DNA from: a virus
Lineage: Duplodnaviria; Heunggongvirae; Uroviricota; Caudoviricetes
Strand: one strand, 5' to 3'
Length of the DNA stretch: 58,056 nucleotides
IMG/VR virus record: IMGVR_UViG_3300026097_000001
Position numbers and translations under genes: made by a program
In this document: positions 18,473-26,199 of the stretch, in pieces
Layout: every line of letters begins with the position of its first letter
How positions within the stretch are numbered: the stretch's first letter is position 1
The notes under the pieces: model-generated
What the model was told of the DNA's origin: nothing
What the model saw: only the letters and a program-made list of their open reading frames with translations
Database searches by the model: none

Positions 18473-18681
18473 TAGTTCGAGTTTCTTTTTTGTTTTTGTA
18501 AGACTCTCTTTGCACGTAAGCGTTCACGCGCATCTTTTTCTTCTTTGGCTAGGTGCGATTGCTTAACTTGTTTTGCTTCTTTTCGCCTTAGCCGAGCAGC
18601 GATAGATCTTTTAATTCGCTCAGCTCGACTCGGTTTATCGATGATTGGTTCAACGTCAACGTCGGTTTCTTGTTCTAACAT
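18472..18681 (-). CDS. Hypothetical basic protein
   Basis: 69 aa with RBS. Confidence 0.6.
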   Translation of the reverse strand: MLEQETDVDVEPIIDKPSRAERIKRSIAARLRRKEAKQVKQSHLAKEEKDARERLRAKRVLQKQKRNSN

Positions 18682-18706
18682 TCTATACCTCTTTGAAGTT
18701 TATAAG

Positions 18707-18931
18707 TTAAGTCCTAATTCCTATATCGTTTAACATACTCTCTGCGATCGAAGTATCATTCGTATCGATACCATCAAACTCTTCGTGTATCATTTTCATT
18801 ATATCGTCAGTATAAAATTTATAATCTTGGCTCATATCAAACTCAGCTGAAACAGGAAACGTTACATAACCGTTCTCGTCTTCTAGCTCCTTTAGAATTT
18901 GCAAGATATATTTCCAATCTTCTTCATTCAT
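18707..18931 (-). CDS. Hypothetical protein
   Basis: 74 aa. Confidence 0.6.
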   Translation of the reverse strand: MNEEDWKYILQILKELEDENGYVTFPVSAEFDMSQDYKFYTDDIMKMIHEEFDGIDTNDTSIAESMLNDIGIRT

Positions 18932-18942
18932 ACTAAACCTCG

Positions 18943-19386
18943 TTAAACATCAGCGTGAGAATCTAACATCCATTGCATCTTTTCATGAAAGTCGATACGA
19001 TCTTCAAGTAGGCTAGCTACACCTTGTTGTTCAAGTTCTTCGGCCATCGTATGAGCTTCTTTAAGTTCAACGACGAACCGTTCGTTATCCTGAGCAAGAC
19101 GAACAAACATAAACTTTGGGCTAGGAATAGACATCTCATCAGAGATTACACTCAACTCAGAAAACCTTTTTAGAGATCCTGGGGCAAACGCTTTAAGAGT
19201 ACGAATACGTTCAGCATATTCGTCAACGGACGCGTGTACATCTTCATAGTATTCACCAAAGAAATCGTGATACTGTTTAAAGTTTGGACCTGTAACGTTC
19301 CAATGATAGTTATGAGACTTTAGATACAAAGAAAAAGCCGACGCAAGGACGACCTTCATTTTCTCAACTAGATTTTCCATTTCCAT
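18943..19386 (-). CDS. dps: Dps family DNA-binding ferritin-like protein
   Basis: YLKSHNYHWNVTGPNFKQYH...DEYAERIR ferroxidase motif; TATAAATA at 19415-19422. Confidence 0.95.
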   Translation of the reverse strand: MEMENLVEKMKVVLASAFSLYLKSHNYHWNVTGPNFKQYHDFFGEYYEDVHASVDEYAERIRTLKAFAPGSLKRFSELSVISDEMSIPSPKFMFVRLAQDNERFVVELKEAHTMAEELEQQGVASLLEDRIDFHEKMQWMLDSHADV

Positions 19387-19434
19387 GATAGCTTTCCTTT
19401 AGGCAATTACTGTTTATTTATATATGAAAAGAGT

Positions 19435-19575
19435 TTATGCAATAACTGTTGTATTGGCGTTATCAAGTATTCGTTTGCATTCGTTTAGTACGATTAGTTT
19501 ATTTGACGAGATTATAACAACTTTATTGTTTTCGTCTAATAGAACGTGTTTACTTTTATGTTGATATATTCTCAC
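19435..19575 (-). CDS. Small hypothetical protein (46 aa)
   Basis: Not in track; GAGG RBS, GTG start, MRIYQHKSKHVLLDENNKVVII... Confidence 0.5.
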   Translation of the reverse strand: MRIYQHKSKHVLLDENNKVVIISSNKLIVLNECKRILDNANTTVIA

Positions 19576-19647
19576 AGCAAGATTCCTCGTTACAGCTTGT
19601 GGTTTATCAAAACAAATTCAACGATCCTTTCATTAAAAAAATAATAT

Positions 19648-19724
19648 TGGTGGGCCCACCAGGACTCGAACCTGGAACAACTCCGTTATGAGCGGAGGAC
19701 TCTAACCAATTGAGCTATAGGCCC
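19648..19724 (-). tRNA. tRNA-Ile2 (CAU), Met not excluded
   Basis: Cloverleaf, loop CT-CAT-AA, IleX-like body, encoded CCA; TilS in window. Confidence 0.8.
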
Positions 19725-19754
19725 ACGAATATTATTTTTATTTAAAATAACTTA

Positions 19755-19832
19755 TGGCGAACCCGGGAGGACTCGAACCCCCGACCTAGGCATTAGAAGT
19801 GCCTTGCTCTAATCCAGCTGAGCTACGGGTCC
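19755..19832 (-). tRNA. tRNA-Arg(UCU)
   Basis: AGGCA-CT-TCT-AA-TGCCT, CCA. Confidence 0.95.
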
Positions 19833-19900
19833 ATCAAAAGTTATTTTGTTTCTCTGTTAATTAATAATATAAACCATTCTGAGTAAATGTCAACTACTTT

Positions 19901-20059
19901 TTACTGTTTTACACAAATAATTTTTTCATTATCGGTGAAGGTTGCCGAAAGAACAGCGCCTTCAATGTAACATTGCTGCTTCGTCTGAAAAGAATTCCAG
20001 TAGGTAAGCTTCGTTTCTTCTCCGCCATATACTGTATTAAGAATGAATAACATCCACAT
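19901..20059 (-). CDS. Small exported-type peptide (52 aa)
   Basis: Not in track; MWMLFILNTVYGG...QCY...IICVKQ; overlaps hydrolase end. Confidence 0.45.
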   Translation of the reverse strand: MWMLFILNTVYGGEETKLTYWNSFQTKQQCYIEGAVLSATFTDNEKIICVKQ

Positions 20060-20702
20060 TTTTAACTCTTTCTACTGCTTCATTATATTTTGATGATATT
20101 ATGTCTGAGACTGCTTGGCTACACATAACCTCGTAATGCGTATGGGGTACCTCGACGTATTCCATATCATCGCGATGTTTCATTGATGCAACCGTCACAA
20201 CTCCGTCGTTAGGGCCGTTATGATACGGTACACTTCCTGATGTACTTACGATTTGAGTCCATGGAATGTCGAGTTCAATTTCGTTTCCTTTTTTAATAGG
20301 ATCTGACTTTCTTCCTACATCTTTAAACAGAGGATAGTTTGGAACTACATACTTTGCCCAGTCGGCAGTACTGCTTCCACGAAACGGAGTGCTGATACTA
20401 ATCCCACCGGCTACACGTAGATACTTTGTAAGGTGTAGTGCATATAGACCACCCATGCTATGACCTACTACAAAATGAGGTCCTTGGTTCTGACATTGCT
20501 CTGTCATCGTGTCTAGGTTATCATAGAAACGATTCATACTGCTGTAGTCAATGAGCGTTTCTTTAGAGAAGTTTGTTTTTGATCTTAGATATTCAAAGGA
20601 CAGGCTCGATTGGTTTGCGCCGTGGATCCAAATGACATTTAAATCATTTTCATTTTGAGCGCTCTCGCTTTTAGAAAATATATCTTTTATATAGTTAAAC
20701 AC
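20037..20702 (-). CDS. Alpha/beta hydrolase
   Basis: IHGAN, VGHSMGG, NDGVV, THY catalytic elements. Confidence 0.9.
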   Translation of the reverse strand: MFNYIKDIFSKSESAQNENDLNVIWIHGANQSSLSFEYLRSKTNFSKETLIDYSSMNRFYDNLDTMTEQCQNQGPHFVVGHSMGGLYALHLTKYLRVAGGISISTPFRGSSTADWAKYVVPNYPLFKDVGRKSDPIKKGNEIELDIPWTQIVSTSGSVPYHNGPNDGVVTVASMKHRDDMEYVEVPHTHYEVMCSQAVSDIISSKYNEAVERVKNVDVIHS

Positions 20703-20740
20703 GAGAATGCTTTCTTTTGATAGACTAACTGTTATATTTA

Positions 20741-20968
20741 TCAGGTTTTTCTAATCTTATTATAAATTGACCATTCAATAGAACCAGGTTTACCATTGAT
20801 TACCATATCACGGAGATGATCTAATTCTTCTCTAGTCAATTTTTCGAGAGGATCTTCTTCTTCCTCAGATACACGAAAACCTCTGCCTTCAAGCTCTTCA
20901 ATTAAATCTAAATCCCCAACTTCGTCTAAGTAGTCTGCAATGTCAACATCAACATTAATAGTAGCCAT
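20741..20968 (-). CDS. Hypothetical protein
   Basis: 75 aa with AGGAG RBS. Confidence 0.7.
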   Translation of the reverse strand: MATINVDVDIADYLDEVGDLDLIEELEGRGFRVSEEEEDPLEKLTREELDHLRDMVINGKPGSIEWSIYNKIRKT

Positions 20969-20989
20969 AATATAATCTCCTGTTCAATA

Positions 20990-21077
20990 TGGCGGAACGA
21001 CTGGGAGTCGAACCCAGTGAGCCCTTGCAGGCTCTACAGATTAGCAATCTGCTGCATTACCATCCTGCCCCCGTTCC
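20990..21077 (-). tRNA. tRNA-Ser(GCU)
   Basis: TT-GCT-AA loop, long variable arm, G73, CCA. Confidence 0.93.
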
Positions 21078-21079
21078 AT

Positions 21080-21226
21080 TTATTCTAGTAAGTCGTTTAA
21101 ACGCCAGACGGATTCTTCAATAGCCAGAAGGATCATGTGATCCTCTTCATATTTTAGTTCTGACTTTAATCTATCAATCAATTCCATCATATGCTCAAAA
21201 GTAATTGGTTCATCGTGTCCTAGCAT
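21080..21226 (-). CDS. Small hypothetical protein (48 aa) within tRNA array
   Basis: Not in track; MLGHDEPITFEHMMELIDRLKSELKYEEDHMILLAIEESVWRLNDLLE. Confidence 0.5.
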   Translation of the reverse strand: MLGHDEPITFEHMMELIDRLKSELKYEEDHMILLAIEESVWRLNDLLE

Positions 21227-21261
21227 AATAACACATCTTTCTAATTATGTAAACTGTTATT

Positions 21262-21346
21262 TGGTGCCCAATGTAGGGCTCGAACCTACACGCCGTAAAG
21301 CGCCAGAACCTAAATCTGGTGTGTCTACCAATTTCACCAATTGGGC
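21262..21346 (-). tRNA. tRNA-Leu(UAG)
   Basis: TT-TAG-GT loop, variable arm, CCA. Confidence 0.95.
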
Positions 21347-21352
21347 ATATTC

Positions 21353-21428
21353 TGGTGCAAGATGTAGGGCTCGAACCTACGACCTGAGGTATGTAACACC
21401 CCTGCTCTCCCATCTGAGCTAATCTTGC
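21353..21428 (-). tRNA. tRNA-Val(UAC)
   Basis: GT-TAC-AT loop (unusual G32), CCA. Confidence 0.9.
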
Positions 21429-21436
21429 ATTACTTT

Positions 21437-21530
21437 AAAGATACATTGGTGGGACCTGATCCCCACTTCAGTCTTTCGACCTACCGAGTATGTTGCAACT
21501 CTGCCTTTCCTCTCACGAGCAATGTATCAT
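21437..21530 (-). ncRNA. Unknown structured RNA module closed by GATACATTG/CAATGTATC
   Basis: 9-bp closing helix, internal hairpins including GTC-GAAA-GAC. Confidence 0.5.
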
Positions 21531-21538
21531 TAAAATAA

Positions 21539-21612
21539 TGGCGATCCATAGGGGTTACGATCCCCTTCCGACAGTTAGACAGACTGTCGTGCTACCATTA
21601 CACCAATGGACC
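21539..21612 (-). tRNA. tRNA-Asp(GUC)
   Basis: CT-GTC-TA loop; T-loop ATCGTAA; CCA. Confidence 0.9.
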
Positions 21613-21746
21613 AATAATAAGCGGGAGTTGTGGCTATACACAAGGAGGAGCCGAAGCCTGTCCTATTTCCCTAATTCCCTTGACAGCGATCAACCTGCCT
21701 CAACACGTAAACATCCGTGTATCCTATCAAAGATAGTGGTAGACTT

Positions 21747-21822
21747 TGGAGCGGATAGAGGGAATCGAACCCTACTCACTACGGCTTGGAAGGCCGAGGA
21801 CACAACCCGTGTGCTTACCCGC
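21747..21822 (-). tRNA. tRNA-Gly(UCC)
   Basis: CT-TCC-AA loop, U73, atypical D arm, CCA. Confidence 0.88.
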
Positions 21823-22632
21823 AATATAAACGTATAGGCTCCTACTGAAAGTGCTATACAAACTCACCCACGTCTTTATTTAACTTGCTCGCCAACGTTA
21901 TTGGCGTTATGGGCTTAACCGCAAGAATTAGAAGCAGTGACGCAAAGTTGCCTACACTCTTTGTCACTGGATACGTTAAGGTGTTTAGTCTCTTCACCAA
22001 GCCGATTTAATAGGCTATTACAAGGCGGCTTATTCCCTGCTTTTACTCCTCGGTTATGGGCATCACTGCAAAGGCATTAGCAGGATTGACCTGAGGGCGG
22101 ATTGAGAACTTCAGTTTTTTACGTGGGGCACTCTCTACCACCACAGCTTCGTTTGGGATGCCCTAACGCCCAGTCAAAGATACACTAACTGTTACCAGTG
22201 CTTCTCACTATGCACGTTTCGACTCCGGAATCTAGGTAACCCCGTGGCGTTATTGGTGCTAGTGTATCCGTGACTAGACGTTTTGATTTCATCCTATGCC
22301 GACATCCAACATAGGTATAGATTGTTACTACAAGATGATAGGCTCGCACAATCTAACCTTACTATCATCACCCAAACAATTATGGGATTTAGAGGACCCA
22401 GGTGTATACGGGTGACGTGACCAGTACAGTGACGTTGGGTCATAAATTAGTAGTGCTGGGAGCGACCCCTTTGTGGCAAGCACAATTACCAGACAGTTTC
22501 AATTGTGGCAGTAACTAACAAGCGCCTCTGTATAATATCGATTCACAGTAACCGCTGGTCAACAAAAGATTATTTACATGTGAAGTTGTTCCAGTAGGCT
22601 TTCACACGGGTTATAGAGGAGCCACCTCTATC
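21823..22632 (-). ncRNA. ~800-nt highly structured ncRNA (GOLLD-like candidate)
   Basis: No ORF of 60 aa or more in track; many helices, an 8+8-bp pseudoknot, 5'/3' end complementarity; between two tRNA-Gly genes. Family assignment is inference. Confidence 0.6.
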
Positions 22633-22633
22633 T

Positions 22634-22708
22634 TGGAGCGGATGATGAGATTCGAACTCACGACATTTTCGATGGCAACGAAATGCTCTACCACTGAGCT
22701 ACACCCGC
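22634..22708 (-). tRNA. tRNA-Gly(GCC)
   Basis: TT-GCC-AT loop, U73, CCA. Confidence 0.95.
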
Positions 22709-22712
22709 AATT

Positions 22713-22788
22713 TGGTGGAAGATATCGGACTCGAACCGATCACCTCTTGAATGCAAATCAAGCGCTCTCCCAGATGAGCTAATCCCCC
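22713..22788 (-). tRNA. tRNA-Ala(UGC)
   Basis: TT-TGC-AT loop, G3-U70, CCA. Confidence 0.96.
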
Positions 22789-22859
22789 AAACTATAAACT
22801 TGGCAGTCAAACATGCATTCTTTTAACCTATCCGCCTTATGATAGGTACCAAGTTGTTA

Positions 22860-22952
22860 TGGAAGAGAGCGGGTGGTATCGAACCCCAACCGGGTACTAG
22901 CCGGTCCACTTGTTTTCAAGACAAGGCTACAGACCTCTGCAGATCACTCTCC
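22860..22952 (-). tRNA. tRNA-Ser(UGA), atypical 8/4-type fold
   Basis: CT-TGA-AA loop, 8-bp acceptor, 6-bp D stem with tetraloop, long variable arm. Confidence 0.75.
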
Positions 22953-22959
22953 AATTCAT

Positions 22960-23035
22960 TGGTGCCGCCACGAGGAATCGAACCCCGGGCATCCTGATTA
23001 CAAATCAGGCGCTCTACCATCTGAGCTATAGCGGC
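22960..23035 (-). tRNA. tRNA-Thr(UGU)
   Basis: TT-TGT-AA loop, CCA. Confidence 0.96.
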
Positions 23036-23041
23036 ATTGTT

Positions 23042-23115
23042 TGGTCGCATAAGGAGGATTTGCACCTCCGATCTTCTGACTCGTGCCAGATGAGTTAACT
23101 GCTCCTCTACCGCGC
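23042..23115 (-). pseudogene. Degenerate tRNA-like element (no readable anticodon)
   Basis: T arm GGAGG-TGCAAAT-CCTCC and CCA kept; anticodon loop and acceptor stem mispaired. Confidence 0.55.
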
Positions 23116-23180
23116 AATATTCTTTAGTAAGGGCAACCGGTACTACACAATGAGCCTGCCGTTGTTATCCCTTACCTATT

Positions 23181-23240
23181 TGGGCGGGAGCAAAGGAGTT
23201 GCACCTTTGATGTTGCTGATGTTTCCATTCAACTCTCCCG
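23181..23240 (-). ncRNA. 60-nt mini-tRNA-like element
   Basis: 6-bp acceptor plus 6-bp T stem, one central hairpin, CCA end. Confidence 0.55.
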
Positions 23241-23333
23241 TTATTTTGGCACCATGTGTAGACAGGCGGCGCTGACCCGTTTCGTGTTGCCCGGGATATC
23301 CCAGACTAAGTCGCTACACTCAACCACGAAAAT

Positions 23334-23409
23334 TGGCTCCCACTCCAGGTACCGCCCCTGGCAATCTCTGATTAACAGTCAGGCCCGTTCGCTTGCTCGG
23401 TCAGTGGGA
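23334..23409 (-). tRNA. tRNA-Asn(GUU), non-canonical D and T loops
   Basis: CT-GTT-AA loop, perfect acceptor, G73, T-loop GGCGGTA. Confidence 0.85.
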
Positions 23410-24036
23410 ATGGATGAATTTATAACATTCCGATATCTTTTCTTTTGGATTGTTAAACATTTCTTTCCAAACAATCCTAAGAACTTGATATCCTTCTTTA
23501 TCTAAAAATTCATCTTTTCTTTTATCTCTTTCTACATATTCTTCAAATCTTTGGTGTTGATCCCCATCAATCTCTATAACTTTTTTCAAATGAGGCCAGC
23601 AAAAGTCTGCAGAAAAAATGCCTATAGAATATTCATTTATATAATCTTTATCTCTAAACTCATTCTCAATAACTTTCATGAAAAACTGTTCTGGATAACT
23701 AGGTTCGTTATTCCAACGCGATTTTCCGATATTCCAGGCTCTACCTTCAGCATGAGCTTTTTTCATACCTTCAGAAATTTTATTATTAATTTCAGGTGAT
23801 CTATTAAGATTATTAATAGTAGATTTTTCACTCAATATTTTTCTAGTTTCGTCTGATAGAATTGGTTTTGGTAATCCTAACTCTTCAGCTTTAGTGTATT
23901 GATTAGAACCTTTTTTACCGACCTTCCCGTTCTTGTAATTCCTATTAGGATTAGACGAACAGCATCTTTCGTGATTTCTCCAAGAGTTATGGTTCTTGCG
24001 TTCACTACCACAGTAGCTACATATAAATAGTTTCAT
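23401..24036 (-). mobile_element. Free-standing homing endonuclease (DUF559/Vsr-like)
   Basis: N-terminal CxxC finger; C-terminal SADF...VIEIDGDQH...RD..KD..L...GYQVLRI; own late promoter at 24099-24106. Confidence 0.82.
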
Positions 24037-24120
24037 GCTGGAATCTCCCTTTGCATTCTAGAGTAGATAGGTATTGGTAGTACCGTGATCTACATTACTA
24101 TTTATACAAATTGATATTTT

Positions 24121-24153
24121 AGTCAGTTGCTCTACCTACTGAGCTACTTGGGA
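24121..24153 (-). pseudogene. Orphan 5' half of a canonical tRNA (Asn-like), positions 1-33
   Basis: TCCCAAG-TA-GCTC-AGTAGGTA-GAGC-A-ACTGA-CT, stopping exactly after U33. Confidence 0.75.
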
Positions 24154-24155
24154 AT

Positions 24156-24281
24156 AAACTCTATTTACAACTGCACACACTTGAATTGTTTCCTAATAGG
24201 ATATTCTACTTTGGCAACCCGGTGACAGACCGGAACCTTTCGAGTAGAGCATACCCTTGTGTGCATGTGAAAATAGAGTTT
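24156..24281 (-). ncRNA. Rod-shaped ncRNA, copy 1
   Basis: Nested helices; paralog at 27813-27935 with compensatory changes. Confidence 0.7.
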
Positions 24282-24478
24282 CTATTTCCATCTCTATCAT
24301 CGGTTTAAACCTAAGAGAAATTCTAAATTTTCAAAGAGCGTGGATATATTTATATCCGTTTAGTAATCTTGGCCCAAACTTATTTACTAACGACGCGCAG
24401 GCTACGTCAAGCAATATATCTCTTTACGTCGTTTTCCATACTTTAGCATGGGGGAGTCGACAACCACTCAATATGCTC

Positions 24479-24507
24479 CGCTTTATAAGGATTAAGTTCT
24501 TACCTCC
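24479..24507 (-). promoter_or_regulatory. Sigma70-type promoter with AGAATCAG spacer box
   Basis: TTGACA-TTCTGTATAGAATCAGT-TATATT, 17-nt spacer. Confidence 0.8.
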
Positions 24508-24585
24508 TGATCGGGTTTTCCTCAATCCTTATATTAGTAATATAACTGATTCTATACAGAATGTCAACAGTTATTTTAAGTTTTA

Positions 24586-24777
24586 TCAAAAAAAGTTTTG
24601 TATGATAAAAACGTCACCAACAATTATTCCAACAATCAAACCAACCAACGCAAAAGCCATATGACCTAACTCTTGAGTTGAAAATGACTTTGGTGTAGGA
24701 AAGAAAAACGCCGCAATCATTGCCGCGGTAATAATACCAATAAAACCAGATACAATAAGAATAAAATCAGCCATCAC
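24586..24777 (-). CDS. Small two-TM membrane protein
   Basis: 63 aa hydrophobic, downstream of promoter 24806-24834. Confidence 0.65.
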   Translation of the reverse strand: MMADFILIVSGFIGIITAAMIAAFFFPTPKSFSTQELGHMAFALVGLIVGIIVGDVFIIQNFF

Positions 24778-24805
24778 GTTTTCCTTTGTTTTACCTTATA
24801 TAAAC

Positions 24806-24834
24806 AATATAACTGATTCTAAACAGAATGTCAA
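24806..24834 (-). promoter_or_regulatory. Sigma70-type promoter with AGAATCAG spacer box
   Basis: TTGACA-TTCTGTTTAGAATCAGT-TATATT. Confidence 0.8.
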
Positions 24835-24837
24835 CAG

Positions 24838-25320
24838 TTAATATGCACTCTTTGCATTTTTATTTACAACGTGATCCGCACCAAAGGAACTCGCAAAAGA
24901 ATCTGGTTTAAGCTTTGGTTCTACTCCTGTCATGCCTAGAACATAACCAGCTGCTTCGCTCGCGGCGCAGTTTGAGCCATTCTTAGGATCCTGAGAAATA
25001 TCCAAATGAATTTCAATTTCAAACTCGTCAATGAAAGGCGCAACCTGCACATACAAGTCACAAACCTTTCGGACTTCAGTAAGCATACGCATCTTAGGCC
25101 GATTCGACTTTAGGTCGTAGTCTCTTTCGTGTGATACATTTGAAAAGATTTTGCATCCATGCTTACCGTTTCTATGAACAATAGCAACAGTTGCGAATCT
25201 TGCCCACGCTTGATCATTTTTGATATAACGAACTGAGTCACAGCCAAGATATACCTTTGTATTTTTATCACAGTCAATCAATAGATCAACCATGCCTGTA
25301 ATCTGTTTCTCAGTAAACAT
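24838..25320 (-). CDS. RNase H-like protein (YkuK/DUF458 family)
   Basis: VYLGCDS, FATVAIVH, RMLTEV, IEIHLDI, KPDSFASSFGAD. Confidence 0.85.
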   Translation of the reverse strand: MFTEKQITGMVDLLIDCDKNTKVYLGCDSVRYIKNDQAWARFATVAIVHRNGKHGCKIFSNVSHERDYDLKSNRPKMRMLTEVRKVCDLYVQVAPFIDEFEIEIHLDISQDPKNGSNCAASEAAGYVLGMTGVEPKLKPDSFASSFGADHVVNKNAKSAY

Positions 25321-25338
25321 ATCATCCTCTCTTTATAT

Positions 25339-25413
25339 TGGTAGCCCCAACGGGTATCGATCCCGTTCCTCCGCCTTGAAAGGGCGGTGATCTAGCCAGT
25401 AATCTATGGGGCC
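25339..25413 (-). tRNA. tRNA-Glu(UUC)
   Basis: CT-TTC-AA loop; T-loop ATCGATA; CCA. Confidence 0.92.
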
Positions 25414-25417
25414 ATTA

Positions 25418-25720
25418 TTATGCAGTTAAGTAGTCAATATCTCCAATGTGCTCAATTGACTCATATCCATCGTATTCCTTAATACGGAAAGCGGTTCCTT
25501 CATCAATCCATTCAATTTCAGCATCGCGCAGGCCACCACTATAAGGAGCAGATTCACCATAGTGATCTAAAGGCGGATCACCGACTTTGCCACCTTCAAT
25601 CCATTTTACAATAATAGGATCAAAGCAAATTTTACTATCGTCCCACGTTGACCAACCAGCGCCAAATCCTGGAGATACGATTACTGCTACTTTTCCATTA
25701 CGTATTACTTTTTCCATCAT
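25418..25720 (-). CDS. Conserved phage hypothetical protein
   Basis: KVAVIVSPGFGAGWSTW...FRIKEYDGYESI. Confidence 0.8.
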   Translation of the reverse strand: MMEKVIRNGKVAVIVSPGFGAGWSTWDDSKICFDPIIVKWIEGGKVGDPPLDHYGESAPYSGGLRDAEIEWIDEGTAFRIKEYDGYESIEHIGDIDYLTA

Positions 25721-25731
25721 ATATATCCTTT

Positions 25732-25805
25732 TGGTTGTCTCAGGGAGAATCGAACTCCCATCTAACGGTTATCAGCCGTTTGCTCTCCCGTTGAGCTATG
25801 AGACA
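25732..25805 (-). tRNA. tRNA-Ile(GAU)
   Basis: CT-GAT-AA loop, CCA. Confidence 0.93.
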
Positions 25806-25811
25806 GTAATT

Positions 25812-25889
25812 TGGTCTCCCAGGCTGGATTTGAACCAGCGATCTCTTCCTTCCAAGGGAAGCAGCTTAACCAGACTTGCCCACTGAGAG
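25812..25889 (-). tRNA. tRNA-Pro(UGG)
   Basis: CT-TGG-AA loop, C1-G72, A73, CCA. Confidence 0.9.
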
Positions 25890-25895
25890 TTATTT

Positions 25896-25977
25896 TGGAG
25901 GTACAGGTGAGAGTCGAACTCACTCCATAAGGGCCTGGGATTTGCAATCCCGCACGTTACCGTTCCGTCACTGTACC
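25896..25977 (-). tRNA. tRNA-Cys(GCA) with enlarged variable region
   Basis: TT-GCA-AA loop, U73, 12-nt variable region. Confidence 0.88.
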
Positions 25978-26181
25978 GATATTATCTTTCATATCACGAA
26001 TCATTTCATATGGCATTACTATAGTTGATACAAGAAGTCTTTTTTCAAATTCCTCTTTACTTATCATTTCTTTGTGCCAAGAAAATTGGTAATTCTTACG
26101 ATCCCAACCATCGGGATCCATAACCACAAAGCCTGGATATTTATTTTCCAATTGCTCAAACCATTCTTGAGATGTTTTCAT
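25957..26181 (-). CDS. Hypothetical protein
   Basis: 74 aa (VMDPDGWDR); last codons overlap tRNA-Cys 5' end. Confidence 0.7.
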   Translation of the reverse strand: MKTSQEWFEQLENKYPGFVVMDPDGWDRKNYQFSWHKEMISKEEFEKRLLVSTIVMPYEMIRDMKDNIGTVTER

Positions 26182-26199
26182 GTTATAACCTACATTATT

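Noticed and set aside
21437-22270. Hammerhead or pistol ribozymes in the tRNA spacers
   Set aside because: GAAA and CTGA-like words are not in the required order or junction context.
22860-22952. Selenocysteine or opal-suppressor tRNA
   Set aside because: On the coding strand the anticodon is TGA (reads UCA, Ser), not TCA.
23334-24153. Group I intron splitting tRNA-Asn after U33
   Set aside because: The base before the 3' half is T, not the terminal G; the ORF leaves no room for a catalytic core; and the 3' half pairs perfectly with its own adjacent 5' half.
24156-24281. c-di-GMP-I riboswitch
   Set aside because: CCGGGTTGCC and GAAA resemble it, but the GCAAA/P1 elements are missing and no regulated ORF follows.
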